DNA of 54,882 bases, filler included, from Circinaria calcarea (taxonomy: Eukaryota): NCBI GenBank assembly GCA_051942165.1. It is 2 parts of 2 records of this genome, joined end to end, with 100 filler letters (N's around TTAATTAATTAA, not from the genome) between each part and the next. Parts side by side here need not be neighbours in the genome. Positions count along the whole stretch, not along the records: positions 1 to 27,470 come from JAVECS010000066.1; positions 27,571 to 54,882 come from JAVECS010000067.1. One strand, given 5' to 3'. The notes under the pieces were generated by a model that worked only from the letters and a program-made list of their open reading frames with translations, did no database searches and had not been told where the DNA came from. Position 1 is the first letter of the stretch. Every line of letters starts with the position of its first letter. This document shows positions 24,301 through 38,614 of the stretch, one piece after another. The position numbers and the translations under genes are program-made.

Positions 24301-26500
24301 AGTTGTCCAAGCTATAGGTCCCGAAGTTAAACACCTAAAGGTTGGCGATCGTGTTATGTTCATGTCTAGTGGATGCTTCACTACCTGCAAGATTCTAACA
24401 GAGGTGGAATGTGTAAAGCTTGATGCCACTCTCAGTTTTGAGAAAGCTGCAGCTTTACCATGCGTTTACGGAACAGTCATTCTAGCGCTACTCGAGAAAG
24501 GTAATTTACAAAAAGGCCAGGTACTAGAATATGATCTGAATGCTTATAAGAATCTTGCTGAATCTGATATTTAGACGGTTCTTATCCATTCAGCGTGTGG
24601 AGGCATTGGGCTCGCCGCTATTCAAGTCGCCAAGATGATGGGAGCCGTGGTAGGAGTATCATGTCTTCGAAGGATAACTGCTAACAAGAAAAGGTTTACT
24701 GCACGGTTGGAAATGAGGAGAAAATCGAGTACCTAATGAAGAATTATGATATCCCGCGAAAAAATATCTCTAATTCTCGCGACTTGTCATTTGTTGCCGA
24801 TATTATGTGCTTAACTAATAATAGGGGTGTCGATATAGTGCTTAACTCACTATCTGGAGAGCTTCTACATGGGTCTTGGCAATGTGTAGCTGAATTTGGG
24901 GCAATGATTGAGATTGGGAAACGGGATCTAAGAGGTAGAGGACACCTAATCATGGATGTTTTTGAGGCCAATCGGACATTCTATGGCGTGGACCTCTGGC
25001 AGATAAGCCGAAAGCAACCCGAGAAAGCAAGATCGTGAGCTATCACCCACGTTAATATTAGATGTATGGCTGATTAGTTCGTTATGAAGACTAATGCAAA
25101 AGTGCATGACATACCTCCAAGCCGGCGCGATCGAACCAGTCGTGCTTGCAAAGATATTTGAAGCCTCTAGTATCCAAGATGCATTCAGATTCATGCAAAA
25201 AGGGCAGCACATTGGAAAGATCATCGTTAGCATGCCGAACGAGTCAAGAGATCTTGGATGCGCTGCAGTCCCTATTAAATTCAAATTGCGATCTAATGTC
25301 AGCTACTTATTGGTTGGAGGATTGGGTGGCTTAGGACGAGCTGTCTCCACATGGATGGTTGAGAGTGGTGCACGTCATATCATATATCTATCGCGATCGG
25401 CAAAGGAGACTGGGGGTACACATTATTTTCTCAATGAGTTACGGAGCCAAGGATGTCAGGTGCAAATGGTCGCTGGCAGTGTGAGTAATTTTGCTGACGT
25501 TGAAGCGGCGGTGAAGAAAGCTTCAATGCCGATCGCTGGAGTAATCAACATGTCTATGGTTTTGAAGGTAGAGAGATTCTCTCCATTAAAATGTCATTGC
25601 TGACCATCTAAGGATGTCTCCATCCGTGAAATGACCTTTGAGCAGTGGAAGGTTGCTGTGGAACCTAAAGTTCAAGGAACATGGAACCTACATCATGCTA
25701 TATCTTCAAAACTGGATTTCTTCATCCTATTCGCATCGTACAGCGGCATTGCGGGGCAGTGGGGCCAAGCGAATTATGGAGCCGCAAATACATTCCTCGA
25801 TGCTTTCGTACAATATCGGCACAGCAAGGGTTTAGCAGCATCTGTCATTGATGTCGGTATTATGGGAGATGTGGGCTTTGTTTCGCAGAATACTGATATC
25901 TTGGAACATTTCCGAACCTCGGGTATGCACCTTCTACGAGAACAAGATCTATTGGATGCCATGGTTCTAGCTATGAGAAGATCCCAACCGTGTTCAAAAG
26001 AAAGTCATACCACAAGTTACAACAACCCGAGTCAGATTATCCTAGGTTTCCGAACCACGAAGCCCATATCCGATCCAAATAATCGAGTTGCATGGAAGCG
26101 GGACCCTCGGATGAGTTTCTATCACAATCTCGACAGCTTATCGACTCTTTCTATAAGCACGTCATCATCGAATGAAGACTTAAAAGGACTTCTCGCGTCA
26201 GCAGTATCACAGCCAGTGGTCTTGACCCAAAGCGACAGCATTGAAATAATAGGTACATCGATCGCCTCGACACTTTTTGATTTTCTGCTCAAGCCACAAG
26301 AGGAGCTGAACTTGAACCAGTCGCTTAACTCCCTGGGTGTAGATTCTTTGGTCTCGATGGAGCTGCGTAATTGGATCCGTCAGCAGCTTGGTGTTGAAGT
26401 TAGTGTCTTGGACATTATACACAGCCCTTCGTTGCTTTGTCTAGGGAATATTGCTGGGGAGGCTTTGCTTGCTAAGTACCAAGTTGCTTTAACTGCGTGA
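18338..26500 (+). CDS. Highly reducing iterative type I PKS, KS-AT-DH-cMT-ER-KR-ACP (many introns)
   Basis: [43 protein letters not shown] and HPATID; c[54 protein letters not shown]. The introns inspected restore the reading frame. Confidence 0.96.
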
Positions 26501-27470
26501 GAACCGGCGTTGCCGAACCAGCCCAAAACAAGCGAATGTTATGATTGGAGCGCATGGAGAAGATGGCGGGGAAATAGCGCTAATTTGGTGCGCCTCTCGC
26601 TCCATATGTCAGCGATCCCCCGAGTATTCTTCCATGGAGAATACACGCGTACACATTTTTGCTGCCACATTACGCCTTTGCTTCTGGAAAACTTAATGCC
26701 CTCCGTGTAATGCTTCTGTTTTCTGTAACGTGTCAACCGCGCTCATGTTTCGGCAGGAGGCAGTACTTCTCAACGTCGGAGGAATTTATGGGGGCTGTTT
26801 CGGCAACTTGCTTTGGCTGGGGCCTTACTCCTTACTCCTGTTCCCAAGCAAGCGAGTCGGACTGGCGGATATGCATGCATGGGGTTTACTCGGAGGATAT
26901 ACGTGCACCCTTACTCTCAACGTCTTTCAATATAAGTTGGCACCTGCTCTTTATCTTTTCTCCCAGGGTTGGTTTACTTCTGATATGATTCAGTGGTCCT
27001 CAAGCATGACTTTCAATTGTACCACCACCTTCCTCCCCATATGCTATGCCTACACGGCGGTGATTCAACGTAGATGTTATGAGGATCCAGACGCGGTTGA
27101 TTCGGACCCTGTCGCAATATCGTTTTGAGTTCCTCAATATCGATGGCCTATTCCCAGCCGATCCTGGTCAGGGCATCCTTCCAATATCTCCTAAACTACA
27201 TATCCACGGGGTTAACAAATTCCTTATACTTGAACGGCAAGGAGTATGCTTGTCGCTACTTTGAACCGGGTTCCTTTAGGATGATCGATGTTGATCTGCT
27301 TATTATTTTCCTTAGTAACATCATTTTAGACAGAATTGTCAGCTGTTTCTATTTCAGCCTCGTCTTGGCAAGATCCCAAACGATGTTTTACCTGCAGGGG
27401 TTATCCTATCGATCATCAAGTGCAGTCGAATCCACTTTCTTTCGGGGTCTTTATCAGGGGACGCGTGGGG

Positions 27471-27570
27471 NNNNNNNNNNNNNNNNNNNNNNNNNNNNNN
27501 NNNNNNNNNNNNNNTTAATTAATTAANNNNNNNNNNNNNNNNNNNNNNNNNNNNNNNNNNNNNNNNNNNN
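27471..27570. other. Assembly gap / artificial contig linker (N44-TTAATTAATTAA-N44)
   Basis: Exactly 100 bp and symmetric; the central 12-mer puts stop codons in all six frames. Confidence 0.92.
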
Positions 27571-28885
27571 GCCGCCGAGAAGCAGCACTTTGGCCTATCG
27601 CATCCCATGAAGCCGTGGCGGCTGACCTTGACCAATAAAATAGTCCTGGCGTATGGAATGCATGATGCCATGGACATTTATCTCTCCAGAGCTGCCACGA
27701 ACCAAGAACTCGCGCAGTTCCACACGGAAGACTATATTGAATTTTTACAGCGGTACCTACCCATCCAGCTCCACTTGCATAGTCCTCCACTGACTCCACG
27801 TTAGAGTTACACCTTTCAATATCCGCAGCCCCGAGTTCTCCCAGGGAACGCTTGGATACAACATCGGTGACGACTGCCCCATCTTTGACGGCCTGTATCA
27901 ATACTGCAGCCTCTACGCTGGTGCTTCCCTCGATGCAGCCCGCAAACTAACCTCTGGACAATCCCAGATAGCAATCAACTGGTCTGGAGGTCTGCATCAT
28001 GCAAAAAAGTCTGAAGCTTCCGGGTTCTGCTACATCAACGATATCGTTCTTGCAATCATCCAACTTCTCTTGTATCACCCGCGCGTGCTTTACATTGACA
28101 TTGATGTCCACCACGGTGATGGTGTAGAACAGGCTTTCTGGTCTACAGACCGTGTCATGACGCTCTCCTTCCACAAGTACGACAAGGATAACTACTTCCC
28201 CGGTACTGGCCCCCTCGACTCCACGGGCCCCCAAAATTCTTCTAATCCCGGCGCGCATCATTCACTCAATGTCCCCCTCCACGACGGCATCGAAGATGAC
28301 CAATACGTCAAACTCTTCCAGGACATTGTTGGTCCTTGTGTGGACGTTTACCAACCCACCGCAATTGTCCTCCAGTGTGGCGCTGATTCCCTCGGCGGGG
28401 ATCGCCTGGGTTGCTTTAACCTCAACATCCGGGCCCACGGCGCCTGTGTCGAATTTGCCAAAACCTTCAGACTCCCTCTACTAGTTCTCGGTGGTGGCGG
28501 TTACACTCCGCGCAATGTTGCGCGCCTATGGGCGTACGAAACAAGTATCTGCATCGGTGCAGAAGTCCACCCCAATCTCCCCGCCCATACGCCTTTCCTC
28601 TCCCATTTCACGCCCGACAAGACCTTGTTCCCGCCGCTGAGCGAGTCTAAGCGGTACGACAACCGAAACAGCAGGCAGTATCTCGAGAGTGTGGTGATGG
28701 GGATCCGGGAGCAGCTGAGGTACGTCGAGGGGAGTCCGAGTGTGCAGATGCAGGTGATCCCGCCGGATTTGGGCCCTGTCAGGGAGGAGGTAGACCGAGA
28801 GATCAAGGAGGAGAGGGAGGAGAAGGAAGGCAGGAGGAGGGAGAGGGAACGGGGGAGAGGAAATCGGGGCGAGTTGAGGGATTAA
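27571..28885 (+). CDS. HOS2: Class I histone deacetylase, Hos2/HosA type (5' end lost in the gap)
   Basis: HPMKPWRLTLT, GDDCPIFDGL, GGLHHAKKSEASGFCY, YIDIDVHHGDGVEQAF, GGGGYTPRNVAR; intron 27753-27804. Confidence 0.92.
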
Positions 28886-29267
28886 GAAGGAAATCAGAAA
28901 ATAATGATACCCCAGACTTCTAGTATATTCGATGCCCTTTTTCACAATATTTATATCAGAGCGGGTATCACGCCGGACGAGGCTATGAAACAACACATTC
29001 ATAGGCCCTGATATTCTCGTAGCCAACTACATTTGCGTAGAGTGCAGTTTGTAAAGTAATTGAATGTGGGACGAGTATGATGATATGGACCGTCTGTCCC
29101 AACCGCGCGGAGGTTGAAAATCCATGCTCCGACTTTTTCCCACCCACACCCGGTGAGCACCTGCTCAGGATATTGGAGACCCAGGAAATCCATCTTACTA
29201 GCTGGTGGCAGTTTGAAATCGTAAAGGCTGGAACAAGGCACAGGGCGCTTTTGTCATCTAGGATTAT

Positions 29268-31235
29268 CTACCTGCCATCCTCTGCGTCGACGAACTCATC
29301 CACTTCACTCGTTATGGTATCCTGTCGTGTGATCGGCTCGCCCATCTGTGGCTGCAGCGGTTCTTGGAGTCCATGAGGAACATATCGAGATTCAGTTACC
29401 TGATTTTGCATCGGTTGGGAGTGCGGTATTGCCGATCCCGCGGAGTCATTACCCAAGTCAATCAGGTCTCTATCGGCAGAAGTAACATTAGGGGGGTAGG
29501 TTTGTGGCGGCTGTTGCTGCTGATTTTGTTGAGGGATGTTCGCCATCGGCGTCGACGTCTGACCCTTGAGGATTGGAGTAATGGCGAGAATTTGTTGGGT
29601 GATAGCCTCTGGAGTTTTGCCGTCACTAAAGCTTATTAGTCTCTAGTGCTATCATGCCAAGGTAATACTCACAGATCTGCGTTCAGTATCCAATCAAGGT
29701 CCTCCTCTCCTTCTTCCGGGCTGCCAGGTCCACCATGTACTCTTCTGAACAACTTAGGTTGCCATTCGACTCCCTCGGTTACTCGCTGAGCCGCTTCCTC
29801 TCTTTGCATATCTTCGATCTTCGTCTTCTCATCCGTTGCCGCGATATGGTTTGCCTCCTTTATGGCTAGCACCGTACTGTACCACAACTTCTGTGATTCT
29901 CGCGGGTTTTGTTCCTCCAAAGGGCGCACTATTGGAGGAGTTGGCTTCGCATGCGTAGCATTGAAGAGGACTTCCTTATGCCCGGTCTGTATAGGTGTAA
30001 GCATACAAACTTAGTAGCGCCTCTACGATTTACTATACCAAAACGTTCTTCAACGTCATCTCTCCACTCCACATGCCCGACAACTCGAACAGTGTCTCCC
30101 CGGTCTTTTCGTTTTTTATCACACCACCGATTGCATTGTAGGTTCCGCCAAAATAGCCTTTGGTCTTGAATTCGATATCCGCTGCTAGATTATTCTCTGG
30201 ACATCGGACAAAACTGTGATCTCCGAGCTCATACTTCATCTTGCCGAAAAGTATGCCACGTGCATACATGTTGGGTTGGGTCAAGATACTAGAATTTAAT
30301 CTATTATAAGTCCTCCATACCATCTGAAGAGAACCAGATTGTTGAAAGACCTACTACTTTTCTCCCCCTCTGCTTTTTCCTCTGTTCGTGAATCTTAGGA
30401 CTGCTATTCCTTCCATCATACTCGCGGCCGAGTTGCCCAGAAACTTACTTCGCGGTTTCAATGTTCCATCAATTCGTATGTGATGTTCAGGTGCCATATA
30501 GAAATAGCTCGATTTGGGAGGATGATGCGATGTCTGCTCAGAGATATAGTAGCCTCGAGTATGATCCGGATACTCCCAGTAGCATGCAAAGGTTTCGCCA
30601 AGTATAGGGTTAAGGGGTTTCTTGACGCCCCTGCGATATCTCTTAGCTCATGTTACTGAACCATCTCTATGGAGCTTCCCAAGTACCCGGGATGTCTTAC
30701 GGAGGTTTTATGTGCCAACCACTCAGGTAGAACTTCACAACTGAGACAAATCGCTCAACCGGGTCTTCGATAGTCGGCATGGGGAGAAGTGTCTCTGGAT
30801 GTGCCATGAAACTGAACTCAAACCCGTCAGAATAATCTTATAAGCTACATTTGTATTCTAAGCGTACTTCGTGATGCGCTCTAACATGGATCTGGGCTCC
30901 AATATGAATGTTGGCAGGACCACCCTGCTCAAGTCCGCGCCTGGCCGTAATTGAGAGATGATATGGGAGAGGACTACCGTTTGTCCAGGTCAATCAGATG
31001 GCCGTTTTTGATCATATGCTTGAGATTTCTGGCTGACCATTGCCCTGATCTGGTTCCACCACTAGTTGGACAGTCAGCGTCAAACGCAGGTTAGGCAACA
31101 CCATTCCCCATCCTCACCTGTCTCATCTTCACCGGCAGCAGAATCATGCTTCGATTCGTCATGGGAGCCACCCTCTAAATTCTGGTCAGTGAAATATCAG
31201 CCTTGGACAGTATCGATCTTACTGGTCAGCGACAT
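29268..31235 (-). CDS. Oxysterol-binding protein family lipid transfer protein (Osh6/Osh7-like), multi-exon
   Basis: [57 protein letters not shown]; start inferred from short 5' exons. Confidence 0.9.
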
Positions 31236-31674
31236 GCGCCGGTGCCCCCCCAGCTTCATCGTAAGGCTATGCTCTCAGGCGGTGGAGACAGTGTGAGCTC
31301 TGTGGAGTGTAGCATGAAAAATGACTGAACCGGTGTATGCAAAGCAGCTCTACGTGTTGGCTTAGAAAGAAAGGGATGTCTATTCAGGAGTTAGGTAGTA
31401 CAGTCCACCGTTGGGTATCGGGCAAACTGGAATGAGCAGTGACGTAGTTCGGCCCGTCATTATGAGCGTGGCCCCGGGGGGGGGGGGCTCTCGGGTTTTC
31501 TATAGACTTCACCTACAATCACTCGATATATACTTGCAAGCATAAGACTTCAGATAGGGCTTACAAGAGCATTCAACCTTAAGTCCAGTGCAGTTAGAAG
31601 CATGATTACATTTAGAATCTCCGTGTCTATATCTAGCAACCTATGTCAATCCAAGCACCGTTGCGCCATTCCCG

Positions 31675-32741
31675 TCAGAATGTGACTGGGTGGTCTCCTG
31701 ATTGACATTGTGGTGGGACCCTACAAATGCCCTCCTTGTCTTGTTTTCTCGCTCAGAGGCACATCCCCGTTTGTGATCTCCTCGATGAACTTCATATCCG
31801 GATCAAATAGCATTACATGGAAATGCTCGACCTATGGTTGTCCAACAATGTCAGCCAAAATGGTCTATGAACACTGTTTATGCAGAAGCGAAGAGCAGGT
31901 TTGTCTCTTGTCCGGCTCTGTTGGCCACCATGCAACAATGGAAGGCGCGGCAATGTAATCGTATTGGCAGAGACCAGCGCGAAAAGCGACAGGATAGATC
32001 TTCCTTTTACATACCGCATGTATACTTTTCAAAGATTTCCAGTTCTTGAACCAAACGACCTTTGATAGACTTTAGCATTAAGGTCGATGGCCCAAGGAGA
32101 TACTAACATGTTCATGTGCAATCCTCCTGCAAAATGTTGCCTCTACGTAGTCATCAATCTCTCTCCTTGCCTTGGCAGTCAAATCGTCGGTGATCGGATC
32201 ATCCTCGAGATCGAATTTGGTCCAGACGACAAGGTGGACGATCTTCTCGTCGATACCATAGGGCCAGTCATTGTAAAGTATCTTGACATCCTCTATGCTC
32301 CAGTCTTAATAACAGACTTCCAATCCAAGAATTACGGGGCAAACAGCCGTACCGGGATCGCTGAATGGCGTAGGCCCTTTAGGTCTCAAATCAGTCCATT
32401 GCAACCGCTCTTTCACCACGAAGTCCATGACCGATCCGTATTCTCTCTTTAGCTTGGCGTTGTAATCCATATACCGGCGTAAGTCAGATGGTACACGATG
32501 AAACAGGTCAATGCGATTCGTCTCTTCTAACAGTGAGACATTGATCAATCTGTCGAAGCGGGCTTTACTCACCTATGATCTGTCGCACCTCTGGCCATGT
32601 TTGCCGGTGGTACTCGGAGTCTAGTGTACTTAGGATACCTCTGTCCTTGACGTTTGCGTTGATGAGGAAATCTGGGCAAGACTCCGGCCATTGGTCTTCG
32701 GGTATATTGACCAGCCAGTACGGCAATGATTTCGATATCAT
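31675..32741 (-). CDS. DUF3605 / N-acetylglucosamine-induced protein Gig1-like
   Basis: LPYWLVNIP...[56 protein letters not shown] assembled over introns. Confidence 0.8.
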
Positions 32742-33626
32742 CTTATCAAATCTGATTGATAGTTAGCTGCCGAATGCCATTACTGCAGATGATGGACTAT
32801 TCAACTGCTAGGAGATATCCGTGTTCGGACAATAGAAAGCCAAGTTCCAGGTACAATACGGGACTGATTGCTACTCACATGAGATGAGCCAAGTGCTAAA
32901 TAAATGTAAACCTTATACGTAGAACGAGAATCTTACCAGAACAGTACTATTGTGCATGAATAGATATGAGGTTCGCTGAGTCCAAAGGAGTTATTGCCGA
33001 AAATTCAAGAAGAATTAGGGTTCGACATGGGCTGGAGAAGGCGCTAACCAATCAAGGGTTTTCTCATCAATCGTTATTTATATATTTCTTAAAATGTTTA
33101 CGCAATATAATGTTTTTCTTGAGGCGACTACTAGGAGTGTTCCTAGACATTGAGGTTCGAGGACAGAGGTGCAAAGCCTCGATGTGGATGAACAATATTG
33201 ACTATTGAGGGTGCCGGTTCTTTCGAATAGGGCATTGTATACAGTGTCCAGGTTGGTTACGTGTTTTTGAATCTATTAACGAGAGGATTTGATTAATTCT
33301 TTTGATTGCCAGTGGCCTGCGTAATCGTAGCCAACTTATGGCTGTTTGATGGAGGCTTGATATGAACACCAGAGCTATGAACTAGGCATACTTCTCTCTC
33401 TTCATAATTCATGATGAAGTATGGCTAGTCATTGAGCCGACTCTGTATAAATAGAGATTGCCTCTTGAACATGTCTACTGTTAAGTAATGGCTAAGGTAC
33501 ATGTACCCATATTGTAAAAGGGCGGCCGACACGACCTCGACTCCATCATCCTCGTCCTTCAAATTACCATATGACAAGAAGATGTACCTGAATTCTTCAC
33601 TAAACCGAATACCTTCCATACGCCTT

Positions 33627-35011
33627 TCATATGTTCAGTTTCGCCCTGCATTCCGCACAAAACCATTTCCCCGCCGGTTCCTTAGTCATGCCCACACAGC
33701 TCCAATGAAACCACTCGTACGCACAATCGTCATTGTCGCACGCAACCATGTTCCCGTAGCTAACACTCCTGCAAGTACAGTACTTCCGATCGTCCCCTTG
33801 CTCCTCGTCTTCTTCACCACCTTCCCCATGGAAAGCGTCTTCCAGCTCTACGTCTCCATTGCCACGCCCAGTAAGCAAGGCAGCAGAGGCTTGTGAGTTT
33901 CGTTCAGATTCGGAGTTTTCAGCATCGCTCAAGGCGGAGTCGTCGCCGCCTGTAGATGGGGATGGTCGCATTCCGGAGCCTTTCTTCGATGCACGCCGGC
34001 GGGCGGATGCGGAAGATGCCTTTTTGGAGTTGGGGTTCAAATGTCCGACACGTTGATGCGGTGCTACTTTCTTCGGGTTTGGTTTCTTCACAATAGCACG
34101 TGCTGGACCTGCACTTCCTCCTCGCACGCTGCCAGGAGTGCCGGGTTTCGGTGTTCCAGGACCGAGGGATGACTGGCGGAGACTAGAACCTGGAGCCGTG
34201 ATGGCATTCAATCGACGGCGCTTGGAATCAGAGGCACCTAGAGAGCTTTCACGGGCTCGTTGGTGGAGATGGATGGATTGGACTGTAGGGGTAGAGGTTC
34301 CCGAGGCCGAGAGAGGGTAGCTAGGGGGAAGACTGAGAGAGGGGTGGCGTAAGGAGGTGGCTGACTGGGGCTGTACTAGACGGGCGATGGCCGAGTTGGC
34401 GATGGTGGTGCTAGGACCTACATTGCCGGCGATGGGGTGCAATGGGGTATTGAGGCCCGTGGTTGAGGCTGAAAGAGGCGGAAAGCGGGGAGTAAGGGCG
34501 GTATTAGAATTTAAAATCGATGGTAGAAGGGGGTCGGGCGCAATGGCGCCCTCAGTTTGGAGATCCCTGATCTTCACGTCGAACCGTTTCACCTGGCGGT
34601 CCAGCTGAGGAAGGACATCAGTACCACAATTATAGAGAAGAGGATGGTCGAAACTTACCAAGATGGCAGCTTTCTCACTCAATACAACTTTCTCATCTTG
34701 AATGCGTTCAAGCTTGTCGTAGTTTGATAAGATGGTCTGGGTGTAGCCCTCTTCCTTGGGATTCACCTGCCGGGCACCGTTCACCTTGAGAAACTTTTGA
34801 ATGCTTGCATCCATTCGTGTGATGGTACTTCGACATTCTTGCATGACTCTGTCTTTAGCTTCCATCTCCTCATATAGATGGGCAAGCTCGGCCGGTAAAT
34901 TGGCCACTATATCGTTTATCAGCTCTGGAATGCGTATCGAAAAGTGGACGTCTACGTACCATCCTGTACAAACTGTTCCATAACTGACGCAGCATCCTCA
35001 ACGATAGCCAT
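33627..35011 (-). CDS. YNG2: ING-family PHD-finger chromatin protein (Yng2-like, NuA4)
   Basis: [28 protein letters not shown]-terminus; C-terminal [32 protein letters not shown]...WFCAEC; 2 introns. Confidence 0.85.
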
Positions 35012-35624
35012 TCTGATAGATTGGTGGGACCTTGGTGATCGTCTAGTAAATAGACGTTTACAGGGGAGAGTATGAACACCCCTTTTTCACGGGCGCAATA
35101 ATAATTTTACAACAACCTTCCACTTGAGCAGACAAATAGTCTTCACGACGTAAAGTCCCAGACCGAAATGAAGAGTCACTTGGCCCAACTTGACTTGTAG
35201 AATAAGGAATTAAAGACTGAAACCAGTAAGTTGAGAAGTAAATGGTGGAAATGTTCGATGTTCCCATGAGGTGTCTTGCTTGGAAAAAGAAGAAGACGCT
35301 AATACCTCGGAAGCAAACATCGAAAGCACACGTGAGCGTTCATTCACCAAGAGTAATGTGTTGACCCGGCAAAGATCGAATGGAACAGAAGGACGGAAAC
35401 TCTATATTACTAATATTGTAGACGTACCGTACTCTTGTGTAAGGAAAAGCGGACTACCATATTGTTGCAGTCTGTACATGTACATTGAATCTTAAGGCAC
35501 GGACAAGTGACGAATGCTACAAGGCTGAGATTGCCAACCACATTCCTTGGCCATCCCATATAATACCTTCTTCCAACCAGAAATGATCCTACTACAAACG
35601 TGACATTCCTGCAAATTCCGTACC

Positions 35625-36519
35625 ATGGGCTTACGGATGGAGGATATACACACGCCAACTGTCCCTTCAGGGCCAAGTACGAGTACGAGATATGCCTCAT
35701 CAGATGGACCAAGCCAGAATAAGCAGTCCTTGACGGACCTTATGGCGGAAAAGGATCGCGTCGAGGCCGAACTGACTGCTCTCAGTAGTGTCCTCGATTC
35801 TGTGCGTACGGCTGCTTTTGCGGAAAAATCTTTTCAAAACTGTGTTGCTGATTCGAAGATACAGCATGGGGTTAACATGAGCACCAGCTTGACCACGTTC
35901 GATGGTTTTCCAAGAGACGACCTGGATATCGCTCAAAGTGCGTAAATGCTGGTACTCTGAGGACCAACTAGCCAACCAGTCTATAGTACGGACGACGAGG
36001 GCCCGTATCATTCATCTACGCAACGACTACAAGGCTCTCATGTCCCGAATAGAGACTGGACTTCATGAACATTATGCTGCTGCTAAGGCGTCAACCCTCC
36101 CGTCGCTTCCGGACTCTTCCTCTCCGCCAACCTCAGCATTGGGAGGTCCTTCCGCAACTCCCAACCCTCTCGAACCCCCCTTTGCCAGAGTCAATAGTGT
36201 TGTGGCCGGAAGCCCAGCGGACGATGCCAGGTTGATGGCCGGTGATTTTGTCCGACAATTTGGTAGCGTGACATGGATCAACCACGAGAAACTCAGCAAG
36301 GTTGCAGAGACTGTGCAGAGAAATGAAGGGGTAAGTTATGCTTCCTTAAGTGTAAAAATCAGCACGGCTGACGAGCCACTTCATCCATAGCGTAGTATCA
36401 TGGTGAAGGTTGTACGGCCCTCCGCAGGTGGGGACCCAGAAGAACTTTCACTGTATCTCACCCCGCGGCGAGACTGGGGTGGTCGCGGAATGCTCGGTTG
36501 CCATCTTCTCCCTGTGTGA
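35625..36519 (+). CDS. NAS2: Proteasome assembly chaperone Nas2/p27 (N-terminal domain + PDZ)
   Basis: LTTFDGFPRDDLDIAQ, RTTRARIIHLRND, PFARVNSVVAGSPA, WGGRGMLGCHL; 3 introns. Confidence 0.92.
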
Positions 36520-37006
36520 ACAGGGCTTGTTCGACGTCGCGTCCTCACAGGAAGGGGTCGAAGGGGAGAATTGGAGATGGCTTAAATGCAAGACAGAGAA
36601 CGTCGAGGGCTCTTGTAGAACAAGTGTTGAAACTTCCAGAATGAACATCTGATTTCTCAACCTATCCTGAGAACGCTCGAACGTGAAGTAAATCGTGAAG
36701 TAGAAAAGAAACGGCCAATGGTGAGGCTCAAAACCGGAATGCCGGAGACAAAGCACCCGGGGACGCCTATTGGTTAAGGGACCTCCAGAATTTGTTGTCA
36801 CTGACTTCACCCCACCGTCTTTGCTTGAATTCAATACACTGCGACCCTTCTCCATACCGGCCTTCACATCCTCACACTCAACATCAGCTATTGTGCTACA
36901 TAGATCAGTGAGCTCTTGAACTCATTGACGTGATCAGAATAGGGCTACCCTACTAATCTTAACTTTAAGCCCATCAAAGCTTCGAAGGACTTCAGAGGTC
37001 TACACG

Positions 37007-38083
<1,077 letters not shown>

Positions 38084-38614
38084 GTATCATGAGATATTAC
38101 ATCAGGTAGCTTGGCGGCGGTGAATGAAAAGAAAAAAAGGTGCACTTTGGAGGAGATATGGGAAAATGCAGGGGCATCTGGCATGGATTGTGACGAGCTT
38201 GGGCCTGTGCATTTGACAATAGTTTAGACCGATATTTACCATACTTGCTGAGGTGTAGGCAAGGGGGGAAATATCCTGATATCAAACATATTCAACGGTA
38301 ATTTCGTTATGACGGAGTTTTGCTCAAACGAATCTCTGCTATGATGCCAGTCGGCCTGTGTGTGCTGTCGTATTCCCCCCCCCCCCACTTCCTGTAGATG
38401 AACGAACAGCGGTCACTCCCGAGTATACATTTCAGTTGCAACTTGCATCCAACGAGGTACTTATTCTACTCGGAAAGGAACTGACCCCCCGATTTCGAAC
38501 TCGGGAATGAAAACCCCCAGTAACGCTCGGACAGAATATCTGAATTGCTCTGTGTTTTGATATCGTTGTTTGTATTGTTCAAGATGCCCATTCCTGCTAC
38601 ACCGACCTCTTCTT

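Noticed and set aside
1410..26500. Fragmented ORFs suggesting PKS pseudogenes, and many antisense or overlapping ORFs
   Set aside because: The breaks inspected coincide with GT-AG introns that restore frame; shadow ORFs are by-products of long coding regions.
26501..27470. Possible extra cluster gene or RIP-degraded pseudogene after the HR-PKS (minus frame reads ...VWDLAKTRLK*...YWKDALTRIGWE*AIDIEELK with mostly TAG stops)
   Set aside because: Stop density is about that of random sequence and no family motif is recognisable; a tBLASTx/HMM search would be needed.
38485..38510. tRNA T-arm/B-box-like hairpin (cccgagttcgaaatcggg on minus)
   Set aside because: No cloverleaf, A-box or acceptor stem around it.
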